Positions 7,417 to 16,585 of a stretch of DNA of 64,000 nt are shown here, piece by piece. The stretch covers positions 10,418 to 74,417 of the IMG/VR virus record IMGVR_UViG_2832142748_000002; one strand, written 5' to 3'. Made by a program: the position numbers and the translations under genes. Each line of letters opens with the position of its first letter. The stretch's first letter is position 1. Under the pieces are notes generated by a model, which had not been told where the DNA came from, searched no databases, and saw only the letters and a program-made list of their open reading frames with translations. Origin of the DNA: a virus (taxonomy: Duplodnaviria > Caudoviricetes).

Positions 7417-10400
7417 ATGCCCAGGCAAATTCTGACGTTGTGGCTCTGCGCCACCATGACACTCGGTGACCTCGCACAGGCCGCGCAGACACAACAGGCA
7501 CAAGACGTTTCACCGAGGCTCCGCGGGCTGCTCGCAGCTCTCGATGATCCGAGCGGCCAAGTGGCGGCTGGAGCGCTGCGGTTGTTGATCAAGGAGAAGC
7601 GGGTTCCGGATGAACAGATCCCGCGTCTCGGCCGCATGCTCAAGGACCCCAATCCGCAAACCCGCCTTGACACAGCGCAGGCTTTGGGAGTCCTCGGCAA
7701 GGCCGCCAAGCAGCACGCCCCCCTCCTCACCGGCCTTCTCAGGGATCCAGACGTGTCCGTCCGCCAAGCTGCTGCGGAGGCCCTGGGAGCCATGGGTGAG
7801 GCCGCCAAGGATCAGGCTCCCCTCCTCGTCGACATGCTCAAGGACCCGGATGTGAACGTCCGAATTGCAGCAACGTTTGCGCTGAGAGAAATGGGCAAGG
7901 CCGCACAGGATCAAACCCTACGACTTACCGGCTTGCTGAAAGACCAGCACGGTGGTGTCCGCGCAGCAGCAGTGCAGGTGCTGGTAGCCATAGGCAAAGT
8001 TCCCAAGGAGGAGGCTCCGCACCTCGGCGACCTGCTCAAGGCCCCCAAGGAGAGCGTCCGCTATGCAGCAACGCAAGCGCTGGGCGCCCTGGGCGAGGCA
8101 GCCAAGGAGCAAGCTCCACTCCTCGTTGGCATGCTCAAGGATCCGGATAGTGGCGTCCGTGAGGCCGCAGTTCTAGCACTGGGTAACATGGGCGAGGCAG
8201 CCAAGGAGCAGGCTCCACTCCTCGTTGGCATGCTCAAGGACCCTAATGAGAATGTCAGTAGAGGAGCAGCAAAGGCTCTGGGCGCCATGGGCGAGGCAGC
8301 CAAGGAACAAGCCCCCCTCCTCGTTGACATGCTCAAGGATCCAGACTGGTCCATCCTCATCCCTGCTTTGCAGGCGCTGCAAGCCATGGGCAAGGCCGCC
8401 AGGGAACAGGTCCCGCGCATTAGCAACCTGCTCAAGGATCCGTCACCGTTCCGTCGAATTGTAGCAGCGGAATTGCTGGGACACATGGGCGAGGCAGCCA
8501 AGGAGCAGGCTCCACTCCTCGTTGGCATGCTCAAGGACCCTAATGAGAATGTCAGTAAAGGAGCAGCAAAGGCTCTGGGCGCCCTGGGCGAGACAGCCAA
8601 GGAGCAGGCTCCATACCTCGCCGACATGCTCAAGGACCCTAATGAGAAAGTCCGCGATGCGGCAGTGCAAGCGCTGCAATACATGGGCAAGGCCGCTAAG
8701 GATCAAGCTCCGCACCTTGTCGGCCTGCTCAAGGACCCCGAGAAGGACGTCCGCAAGGAAGCAGCGGCGGCACTGGGAGCCATGGGCGAGGCAGCCAAGG
8801 AGCAGGCTCCATACCTCGCCGACATGCTCAAGGACCCCGATGAGAAAGTCCGCCTTGCAGCAGCGAAGGCGCTGAGCGACATGGGCGAGTTTGACAGGAA
8901 GTACGCGCCTCTAGCTCTGGAGCTTCTGGAGAACGAAACAGTTCAGTATGACTATGAAGCCAAGGGTCTCCTCATGACCATGGCCCCGCTCGAACTCCAG
9001 CACGTTGTCCTGCTCCTGGCGAAGGCAAGCGCGAATCCATGGGATCGCAACGACTGGCTGTTATGCGCTCACGTTACGGGCGGTGGTGAGCCACCGGTGG
9101 AGCGCGTCCTACGTTGGCTCCCAAGGCGGGCCTTCGCGGGACTCCCAACGGAGCTGACGCTCGAGGAGGCCCGGGAGACGATGCATGCGTTCGCCGTGGT
9201 CTGGCAACATTCCGGGAAGTACCCTGACCTGCGGGATGATCTAGCGGAGCAGATTGTACGAGTGGCCAGCCTTACCAAAGGCCAGTGGACGCTCACTGAC
9301 GACAAGCTACTCGTGCAGCATCAGACAAACCTGAAGGCCTCCTACCCGGCGCATGCCGAGAGACTTCAGGCCATCAGGTCCTCTCTAGAGAGCTGGGGGA
9401 GAGTGAAGACCTTCGCGTGGACCTGGGTGGGGCACCTCTGCTTCTGGTTGCTCCTCCTGTTCGTCTACCCACGCTCGCCGCAAGTCCAGGCGGTTTTCTT
9501 CTGGAATCCGTGGGTGCGCACCATCACGGGCTTCGGGTATGTGGGCCTTCTGTTGACATGGGTGCCGATCCTGCGGCGCCGCCTCCTCGCGCCCTTTGCG
9601 AACCAGCTCCTGGCGGATGCAGATCTCGAGCGTTTCCCCAAGGAGAGTTACTTCCACGGCTCCCAGGTCTTCATCCCGTCCGCGGGCCGGAGCGTCCCCC
9701 TGCTCTCCGCCGTCCCCCAGCTGCGAGGCCAAGTGGTCTTGGAGGGAGCCTCGGGCCTGGGCAAGTCGCTGTTCATCCGGTACCTGCTCCGCCACTCGAA
9801 GCAGCTCACGGTGTTTCTGCCCGCAGAGCGATGCCGGGAGGGTGTACTTGAGGCCATCCAGGCCAAGCTGGAGGGGCATGCGAAGGACACCGCCTTCCTG
9901 CAGAGCATCATTTACAGCGGCGCACTGGACATCTACATCGACGGACTCAACGAGGTGACGGCAGACACGCGTGCTCGCATCGTCCAGTTCGTCGAGCGCA
10001 ACTTCCACGGCAACATCCTGCTTGCCACCCAGCGCATGGAGTGGACACCGCCCATCACGGCGCGCCTGTACGTGCTGCAGCCCCTCTCCGACGCCCAGGT
10101 GTCCGAGTTTCTGGCCAGCCGTGAGGTGCTGCTGGGTGAGAAGGCGCGGCTGCGTGGTCCAGAGTACCTCCAGTCATGTGAGCGATTCGTGCAGCGAGTC
10201 CTCGCCCCCGAGCAGCCCGAGGAGCTGCGCCTGTCGATGCGCGAGGTGCTCTCCAACCCGATGGACCTCACCGTCATCGCGCAGATGCTGGGCGAGGGGC
10301 ACTCGCCGGATCTGTTCCGCCTGCGGCAGCAGCAATACGAGCTGATGGCCAGGGACTACCTGGAGGTCAACCTCGCAGAGTTCCCGCTGAATGGGTTCGC

Positions 10401-10878
10401 CGAGGAGTGCCACAGGATGCGGCTCGAGGATCGGCCGTCTCTGCCGGAGGAGCGCTTCGGTAAGGAGTTGCTGCGCCTGGAGTCCTTCAAGATCGTGGTG
10501 CGCCGGCAGTGGAAGGGGCCTGACGGGCGGGAGCACCGCGAGTGGCGTTTCCGCCATGACAAGCTTCAAGAATTCTTCATCGCCCAGGCACTCCTGGGGC
10601 AGGGCAACCCCCGCATTGCCCAGCACATGGACGATCCGCGCTTCCGGGGCGTCTACTTCCTGTTGGCGCTGCTGATGGATCCGGAGAGCGCGCATCAACT
10701 GCGAGATCGGCTGGTCGTTCACGCCGCCAGGACCCGCGACCACAGCGTGAGCGATGAGTTCGTCACCCTGCTGGAGGCGCGGCGCAAGTCCGAGCAGCTC
10801 CTGCATGCGCCGCCCCCGCGACCGCAGGATGACTCAGATCCCTCAAACAAGCACGGAGGAGGCGAGCGCGTGGCATGA
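7417..10878 (+). CDS. Signal peptide + HEAT repeats + transmembrane helices + NACHT/STAND-like P-loop NTPase
   Basis: MPRQILTLWLCATMTLGDLAQA signal; about 15 repeats of 31 aa (LKDPxxxVRxAAAxALGxMGEAAKEQAPLLV); hydrophobic segments FAWTWVGHLCFWLLLLFVY and ITGFGYVGLLLTWVPIL; Walker A GASGLGKS; Walker B LDIYIDGLNE. The start could also be 7381 or 7405. Confidence 0.85.
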   Translation: MPRQILTLWLCATMTLGDLAQAAQTQQAQDVSPRLRGLLAALDDPSGQVAAGALRLLIKEKRVPDEQIPRLGRMLKDPNPQTRLDTAQALGVLGKAAKQHAPLLTGLLRDPDVSVRQAAAEALGAMGEAAKDQAPLLVDMLKDPDVNVRIAATFALREMGKAAQDQTLRLTGLLKDQHGGVRAAAVQVLVAIGKVPKEEAPHLGDLLKAPKESVRYAATQALGALGEAAKEQAPLLVGMLKDPDSGVREAAVLALGNMGEAAKEQAPLLVGMLKDPNENVSRGAAKALGAMGEAAKEQAPLLVDMLKDPDWSILIPALQALQAMGKAAREQVPRISNLLKDPSPFRRIVAAELLGHMGEAAKEQAPLLVGMLKDPNENVSKGAAKALGALGETAKEQAPYLADMLKDPNEKVRDAAVQALQYMGKAAKDQAPHLVGLLKDPEKDVRKEAAAALGAMGEAAKEQAPYLADMLKDPDEKVRLAAAKALSDMGEFDRKYAPLALELLENETVQYDYEAKGLLMTMAPLELQHVVLLLAKASANPWDRNDWLLCAHVTGGGEPPVERVLRWLPRRAFAGLPTELTLEEARETMHAFAVVWQHSGKYPDLRDDLAEQIVRVASLTKGQWTLTDDKLLVQHQTNLKASYPAHAERLQAIRSSLESWGRVKTFAWTWVGHLCFWLLLLFVYPRSPQVQAVFFWNPWVRTITGFGYVGLLLTWVPILRRRLLAPFANQLLADADLERFPKESYFHGSQVFIPSAGRSVPLLSAVPQLRGQVVLEGASGLGKSLFIRYLLRHSKQLTVFLPAERCREGVLEAIQAKLEGHAKDTAFLQSIIYSGALDIYIDGLNEVTADTRARIVQFVERNFHGNILLATQRMEWTPPITARLYVLQPLSDAQVSEFLASREVLLGEKARLRGPEYLQSCERFVQRVLAPEQPEELRLSMREVLSNPMDLTVIAQMLGEGHSPDLFRLRQQQYELMARDYLEVNLAEFPLNGFAEECHRMRLEDRPSLPEERFGKELLRLESFKIVVRRQWKGPDGREHREWRFRHDKLQEFFIAQALLGQGNPRIAQHMDDPRFRGVYFLLALLMDPESAHQLRDRLVVHAARTRDHSVSDEFVTLLEARRKSEQLLHAPPPRPQDDSDPSNKHGGGERVA
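8187..8583 (+). repeat. Near-identical intragenic HEAT-repeat copies
   Basis: About 100 bp at 8187-8286 recurs at 8484-8583 with one mismatch that I could see; further related copies lie between ~7750 and 8880. Confidence 0.85.
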
Positions 10879-10921
10879 GGCAGCGGCCAGGAAGGTGCGG
10901 ATGAAGTAGAGGACACCGCGA

Positions 10922-11215
10922 GTGGACTGGGCAGAGTTTAACAGGAGGACATTTGCGGACACGCCCTGGTCCTCGTCCCGGATGAAGTCTGCCGCGCTTG
11001 CATATTGGCCCAAGTTGGAGGGTCGACATGCAGGGGCCTGGAGTGAAGCTGAAGCAGGCGGAGAAGGAGGCGCTGGACGCGCTGATGTCTCGTACGGTGG
11101 CGTCTGCGACACCTGCTCCATCCCCGGGCGCAACAACCAGTGCGGCTCGCTGTGCAGCAACCCCGCGCAGTGCCAGTACTCCGCGTCCGGCAACTTCCAC
11201 ACCTGCGGATTCTGA
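10922..11215 (+). CDS. Small ORF with a six-cysteine C-terminal domain (start uncertain)
   Basis: CDTCSIPGRNNQCGSLCSNPAQCQYSASGNFHTCGF with good GC3 in the 3' half; the 5' half is doubtful. Confidence 0.35.
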   Translation: MDWAEFNRRTFADTPWSSSRMKSAALAYWPKLEGRHAGAWSEAEAGGEGGAGRADVSYGGVCDTCSIPGRNNQCGSLCSNPAQCQYSASGNFHTCGF

Positions 11216-11336
11216 CGCCCGCTCGTCTGTGGACGGCCGTCCCTGCCGCGAGATGGGACTGTAGGGCAAGCCCAGAGGGGAGACGCAGGGCACGCGCGCT
11301 GCACACCTCCGGAGGGACACGCCTCACGGAGCCAGC

Positions 11337-12377
11337 ATGGACGCCATCTCACGCAGCCGCACCGCTCTCCTCCCCACCACCTACCGCGAGCCCGCAGAGC
11401 AGCCCCAGCGCTCCACGCCGAAGCCCCGGGTCCTGGAGAGGTCAATCAACACCGTCGACGCATTCACGCCGCACACGCCCACCCACAAGGCGCTCGTAGA
11501 CCAGGTCCGCCGCACGACGACGCCCACGGCCATCTCCATCCGCCCGCCTACCGAGGGTCTGACGAAGTCGGCGGAGAGCGAGCCGCGCGTCTCCGCCCAG
11601 GGCTTCTTCAGCTCCGTCGGCGACGCGCTGAAGGACTTCGGCGGGCGCGTGGTGGACGGAGTGGCTGGCATCGGCAAAGGCATCTACGACAGCGTCAAGG
11701 GCACCCTGAAGAACACCTGGGAGATGGCGGAGACGTTCGGAAAGGGCATCGCCAACATCTTCACTGGCCGCTTCGCGGAGGGCTTCACCCAGCTCGGACT
11801 GAGCGTCCTCAAGGCCATCCAGACGCCGACGGACGGGCTCCTGCGCCTGGGAGGAAGCATCCTCAGCGCCATCCAGACGATGCTCTTCATCGAGCCCACG
11901 AGCCGCAAGCTGACGGGCGACGAGCTGGCGGCGCTGCACGAGGTGTACGGGGACTCCATCGACTACACGCGCATCGAGATCAAGGAAGGCAACGCGGGGC
12001 TTCTCACGGTGGGGGGACGACCCTTCACCCATGGGGACACCATCTACATTCCCAAGGACTCACTGCCCCTGCAGCCGGAACTGCTCGTGCACGAGGCGGC
12101 CCACGTGTGGCAGCACCAGCACGGGGGCAACGACTACATGTCCGAGGCCCTGGTGGCGCAGCTCTTCGGCGACGGCTACAACGTCGGCAAGGCCCTCCGG
12201 CAAGGCAAGTCCTGGGAGCAGATGAACCCGGAGCAGCAGGCGGAGTTCATTGAGTTGGCCTTCGGTCAGGGCTGCTTCGAGACGCCGCCGGCGCCGTTCG
12301 AGCTCGGCGGCAAGGACTACACTCAACAGCTTGAGGCCGCGAAGAAGTCCCTCCGCGCCGGCCAGGGAGCACCGTGA
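11337..12377 (+). CDS. HExxH zinc-metallopeptidase-like protein (DUF4157-like C-terminal domain)
   Basis: RKLTGDEL...VYGDSIDYTRIEI...PFTHGDTIY...LLVHEAAHVWQ; amphipathic Gly-rich middle region. Confidence 0.75.
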   Translation: MDAISRSRTALLPTTYREPAEQPQRSTPKPRVLERSINTVDAFTPHTPTHKALVDQVRRTTTPTAISIRPPTEGLTKSAESEPRVSAQGFFSSVGDALKDFGGRVVDGVAGIGKGIYDSVKGTLKNTWEMAETFGKGIANIFTGRFAEGFTQLGLSVLKAIQTPTDGLLRLGGSILSAIQTMLFIEPTSRKLTGDELAALHEVYGDSIDYTRIEIKEGNAGLLTVGGRPFTHGDTIYIPKDSLPLQPELLVHEAAHVWQHQHGGNDYMSEALVAQLFGDGYNVGKALRQGKSWEQMNPEQQAEFIELAFGQGCFETPPAPFELGGKDYTQQLEAAKKSLRAGQGAP

Positions 12378-12787
12378 CCATGCGCCTCCACCGCGTCTTG
12401 CCGCGCGCGCTCGTCGTCCTCCAGGTGTTGCTCCTCACCGCCTGCCAACCGCCGCTGGAGGTGACGCTCGCCTCCGGCAACGAGCGCCTGCCCGGCCCCG
12501 TCTTCCTCGTCGACGAGCCGTCCCAGGACGGGGGGCCGCCGCGGTACGACGTCATCCGCGTGCTGTCCGCAGACGGGACGCAGGTGTGGCACGTCCGCGC
12601 CCTCTCCTTCGGTGGGACGCGCGGACGCCGCGTCGTCTACGGCGAGGTGCCGGAGGGCTTCGAGACGGTGCAGCCCCCACAGCCCTTGGAGAGCGGGCGT
12701 CTCTACAGCATCGGCGTCTCAGGGGAAGCGTCGGGCGCGCTGCGCTTCATCGTCGGACAGGACGGCGACGTCCGGCCGGAGAAGTAG
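12374..12787 (+). CDS. Lipoprotein coupled to the HExxH gene
   Basis: GTGA overlap; lipobox LLTAC. Confidence 0.75.
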   Translation: MTMRLHRVLPRALVVLQVLLLTACQPPLEVTLASGNERLPGPVFLVDEPSQDGGPPRYDVIRVLSADGTQVWHVRALSFGGTRGRRVVYGEVPEGFETVQPPQPLESGRLYSIGVSGEASGALRFIVGQDGDVRPEK

Positions 12788-13026
12788 CCGCCCGCCGGAC
12801 TGGAGCGCGGCACCGCGAATGCGGCGTTCGAGTAGGCAGATGATGAGAATGACCGCCGCCAAGGCCACTATAGGCGGGCCGGAGGTGCTTTTGCCATATC
12901 TGCGCAAGCATACCGTCACATTGCCAAGCTTGACAGAGGGCAAGATATTGGGCTTTGCCGGCTTGTCCTTACTTTTCCGCCTGTGCTATAGTTGAACTAC
13001 AACCCATTGCCCTTCCTAATCTTCCT

Positions 13027-13737
13027 ATGAAATCATCAAGCGCACTTCTTGTTCCTTTAGCCGCCTTCTTGATCCTCGCCGGCTGCGGCGGCACTCAAGA
13101 TGAGGCGTTCAATACACTGGAAGACCAACTAAATGCTCTGATTGCACATGAAGAAGGAAGCTCCAGCGGGGAAGCTTGGTCGCAGCGTATCACTCAAGAT
13201 GCTTTGACAATCTCGCTTTCATCAGACAGCGATCCACAATCGGTCGAAAGGAAGTTCGAATTAACGATTAAGGACAACAAGAGCATCCCAATCGAGGAGG
13301 AACTTGGGCATACCGAGATTTTGCCCTCATCGGATCTTAGCCTTCTGGTTCTTCATTCCAGTGCCAGCAATGGCATTTACATCTTCAGCCTTGGAACCGA
13401 CCAGAATCGCAAGGCAATTGAGCTTTTGAAGAACGATCCGATCCTCAAGACCGCCATCAAGGCTGACGTGCTTTGCGATGGGATAGCACTATCTTCCGGT
13501 TCCTGGAGGCGAGATGCTCTTCATCCAAAAGATGAAGTTTCGGCCTTTTATGCCCAGCCTGATAGTGGCGGTGGCGGTGGCGGTGGCACGGCACCTTCCT
13601 GCACCTCAGGAGGCGCAGGCTCTTCAAGCTGCTCCATCTCGGAGGCTTATAACATGGGCTGCAGCGTTACCTGTAACGCCGGCTATTACGCCTGCTGCAT
13701 GTCGAGCAACACTACATGCAAGTGCTTCAAGGGGTAA
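13027..13737 (+). CDS. Lipoprotein with Gly linker and eight-cysteine C-terminal domain (AT-richer moron)
   Basis: MKSSSALLVPLAAFLILAGC lipobox; tail GGGGGG-TAPSCTSGGAGSSSCSISEAYNMGCSVTCNAGYYACCMSSNTTCKCFKG. Confidence 0.8.
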   Translation: MKSSSALLVPLAAFLILAGCGGTQDEAFNTLEDQLNALIAHEEGSSSGEAWSQRITQDALTISLSSDSDPQSVERKFELTIKDNKSIPIEEELGHTEILPSSDLSLLVLHSSASNGIYIFSLGTDQNRKAIELLKNDPILKTAIKADVLCDGIALSSGSWRRDALHPKDEVSAFYAQPDSGGGGGGGTAPSCTSGGAGSSSCSISEAYNMGCSVTCNAGYYACCMSSNTTCKCFKG

Positions 13738-13952
13738 GTCCTTCCTCTACATCGTTGCCTCCAAGTCCTTTCTCGTGGACAAGATCAACGACCCCTCAAT
13801 TCTGAGAACTGCAAGGTTCGCCACCACGAGAACCCTGTGTCGGGGGATTCCCTAGATTGTTGGACTGCGCGCGCGGCGTTACTCGTCGTCCAAACTCGGG
13901 CGGGAGGAGGCGCAATGATCCGCTTGGGGTTGTAGCGCCCCTTCGGTGAGGC

Positions 13953-14151
13953 ATGGCCTCCCTCTTCCGCCGTGCCCTCACGGCCTTGGGCTTCCTGCCC
14001 AGCCGCCAAGGGCCCCCTCGTCCACGGCCTGCCCATCTTCTCGTTCTCGCCCCGGCGCGGCAGCCGAGAGGTGCTCGTTGCGTACCGGGAGAACGAGGGG
14101 CTGCACGTCGTGGTGGACCAGGACGGCAGCGTGCGACCGGAGAAGGAGTAG
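13953..14151 (+). pseudogene. Probable frameshifted remnant of a lipoprotein related to 12374..12787
   Basis: Signal-like MASLFRRALTALGF, then in another frame C...LHVVVDQDGSVRPEKE*, which resembles LRFIVGQDGDVRPEK* at the end of the 12374 gene. Confidence 0.35.
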
Positions 14152-14243
14152 CGCGCCTGGGTCGGTCCGCGCGTCCTACCCAACAGGATGCACTCGCGGC
14201 CGTGACTTAACTTTCTCGTTTTGCCGTGCTGGCATGTTGAGCC

Positions 14244-14885
14244 ATGTCAGCCGCTTTCGTCCTCCGCAGCGCCGTGAGCGCCGCCGCGATCCTCGCCCTC
14301 GCCGGGTGCGGGTCGGCTACCGTCGGTGGGGGTGGTAGTTCTGCGCGTGCGAAGTGGGTCGGCTCGGTCGTCAGGACGCCGGACGGCGGGCAGCTGCGCA
14401 CGACCATCTACTACGGGCCCTGGCAGTGCAGCGCCGCGTTCCTGTCCCGCTGCGAGTCGAAGTGCGCGGCGCAGGGCTACCCTCTCATGGGCTGCATGTG
14501 GCTGGCCGACATCAAGGGGGACTGGCAGGGGCGCTACCTCTTCATGCCCGCGGAGGCCGGTGGCCGCCTCGCCATCACCCACTGCTGTTGCGATTACCCG
14601 ACCGTGTCGAACGGCCGCCAGTTGCGGGAGAAGTGGAAAAACGCCCGTGAAGGCTTTCGTCGCCAGTGGGGCTCTGAGTTCGGAGAGTGGCCGTCAACGA
14701 ACGGGGCCAACTGGCAGGGCCACCACATCTTCGATTTGGCGCACGGCGGTCCGCCGGTGGCGCCCGACAACGTGCTTCCGGTGCCGCAGGACGTCCACCA
14801 AGTCTTCAACGACGAATACCCCGCCTGCTACGCCCCTGGCGGCAAATGGCTCACGCCAGGTCCCGCGCGGCCGTACGTGGACTGA
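14244..14885 (+). CDS. Lipoprotein with C-terminal HNH-type nuclease toxin (SitA-like)
   Basis: Lipobox LAGC; Cys-rich middle; GHHIFDLAHGGPPVAPDNVLPVPQDVH HNH-like motif; immunity-type gene immediately downstream. Confidence 0.8.
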   Translation: MSAAFVLRSAVSAAAILALAGCGSATVGGGGSSARAKWVGSVVRTPDGGQLRTTIYYGPWQCSAAFLSRCESKCAAQGYPLMGCMWLADIKGDWQGRYLFMPAEAGGRLAITHCCCDYPTVSNGRQLREKWKNAREGFRRQWGSEFGEWPSTNGANWQGHHIFDLAHGGPPVAPDNVLPVPQDVHQVFNDEYPACYAPGGKWLTPGPARPYVD

Positions 14886-14894
14886 GGAGCCACC

Positions 14895-15353
14895 ATGTCC
14901 ATGGAAAGCCTGCTGGCCGAAGTCTCCCGACTCCACTTCCCTCGCCCTCCTGCCACGCTCGCGCAGGTCGCCGCCTTCGAGGCACGCGTGGGGTGGAGGC
15001 TTGATGAGGACCTGCGCGCCTTCTACCTGCACTGCGATGGATGTGATCTCTTCGTTTCCTCGCCGGACACCCGCTTCCGCGTGCTGCCGCTGGAGCAAAT
15101 CATGCGGGCGCGCATCGCCGTCCGCGGCAACGACAGGGACGAAGCCGGAGCGGCATCCCTCTACACGCTCGTGGACATGCAGGACTCCGACTACGTCGTC
15201 CTGGACGTGGCACGGAGTGAGTCCGGCCGCTACTCCCTCTTCGACGCGTGGCACGAGACGTTCCCCGAACTGGTGCCTGTTGCATCGTCCTTCAGCGAGT
15301 TCCTGGAGAAGGCGCTTCGCAGCAGCAACAGCGCCTTCTGGCTGGACGGATGA
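14895..15353 (+). CDS. SMI1/KNR4 (SUKH) family immunity protein
   Basis: PATLAQVAAFEARVGWRLDEDLRAFYLHCDG is the SUKH signature. Confidence 0.88.
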   Translation: MSMESLLAEVSRLHFPRPPATLAQVAAFEARVGWRLDEDLRAFYLHCDGCDLFVSSPDTRFRVLPLEQIMRARIAVRGNDRDEAGAASLYTLVDMQDSDYVVLDVARSESGRYSLFDAWHETFPELVPVASSFSEFLEKALRSSNSAFWLDG

Positions 15354-15371
15354 GCCCGCCGGAGGGCTGAG

Positions 15372-15416
15372 CGGTTCCGGTTTCTCGCCCTAATTTGAGA
15401 GGGAAAACCGGAACCG
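15372..15416. terminator. Hairpin between convergent operons
   Basis: CGGTTCCGGTTT (15372-15383) / AAACCGGAACCG (15405-15416) 12-bp inverted repeat. Confidence 0.6.
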
Positions 15417-15427
15417 GGTGCGACTCA

Positions 15428-16585
15428 TTCACGCCTCGGGTAATCCGGTCGTCGTCCAAAGCGAGCCGAAGAGCTTGAGGACGACGTGAGGCCGTGTCCG
15501 GAAGTAGCCCAGGCCCGAGCGCAGCGCCTGTTGCAACTCGGTCATCTCGTCGAAGAGAAGGTTGTGCGTGGCCCGCTGGCGCAGGGGCCGCCACAGCCGT
15601 TCAATGGGTTGAAGCTGAGGGCTGTAGGGCGGCAGCCGGTACAGGGAGAGGTGCGGGAAGCGGCGCAAGGCCCAATCCACGGGGCGCCCGCGGTGCCAGG
15701 GCGCGTTGTCGATGATGAGGACGACTTGCCGCCACGCCGTGGCGGGATAGGCGCGGGCGACGTCGAGCAGGTGGTGGGCGAAAGCCACCTGCATGCGCTT
15801 TGTCTTGGAGAGTCCATCCTTGCGACGCGCTCGGGTGCGGCTGCCGTACAGCCTGCTCGTCACCGCGCCCGTCGTGAGGTTGGCGGAAGCGAAGGTGTGC
15901 ACCACGTCCTTACAGTCGCGGGTGCCAATGACGGGGCGGCATCCCTTCACGCCCAGCGTCGCCGTCAGCGTCGGCACCATGGGAAATCTCGCTTCGTCCT
16001 GGCTCAAGAGGGCGATGTCACCTGCTTGCGCCTGGCGTTTTTTTCACTCAATTCCTGCCGCGCCTGCTGCTGGCGTGAAGCGTCCGCGCGAAGGAAGCGA
16101 TAGGTGGGCCGGTACAGACGCACGCCATGGCGACGGCAGAAGTCCCCCATGGCCGTCTCCCGCGCCCGAATCCCCGTCTGGCGGTAGAGGAAGTCCGCCA
16201 GCGCCTCATGCGTCCAATTCGCCCGCTTGACGCCGCAGGCCCTTGGCCCCCGCTGGACCCAGCCCAGAATCACTGGCGCCAGCCCCTCGGGAATCAACGG
16301 CGTGCGGCCCGGTGCCCACTGAATCCTCAACCCGCTCAAGCCTCCCGCTCGATAGCGGGCGAGGAAGCGCTGGACGTTGCGTGGCGTCGTCCCCAGGTCC
16401 TCGGCAATCTGCTGCTGGGAGCGCCCTCGGGACGTCATCAGCACCGCCTGGCACCTCTCACGCAGACGTCGGTCCTCCGTCGTGCGGAAGCAGGATTCCA
16501 GCTCGCTCCGCTGCTCCTCGCTCAGCGCCAGTCCGCTCATGCTCCTTCAACCCGGCTGACACGACGGATTCTTCCGGGCCGTGAA
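15428..16585 (-). mobile_element. IS630-family insertion sequence
   Basis: Imperfect ~30-bp terminal inverted repeats starting TTCACG; TCA direct repeat at 15425-15427 and 16586-16588. Confidence 0.9.
15429..16540 (-). CDS. IS630 transposase split into two ORFs joined by a -1 programmed frameshift
   Basis: ORF A (HTH; 16004..16540) and ORF B (DDE: SQDEARF, IIDNAPWH, LPPYSPQLQPIERLW). An A7 run at 16038-16044 joins EKK-RQAQAGDIALLSQDE. Confidence 0.9.
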
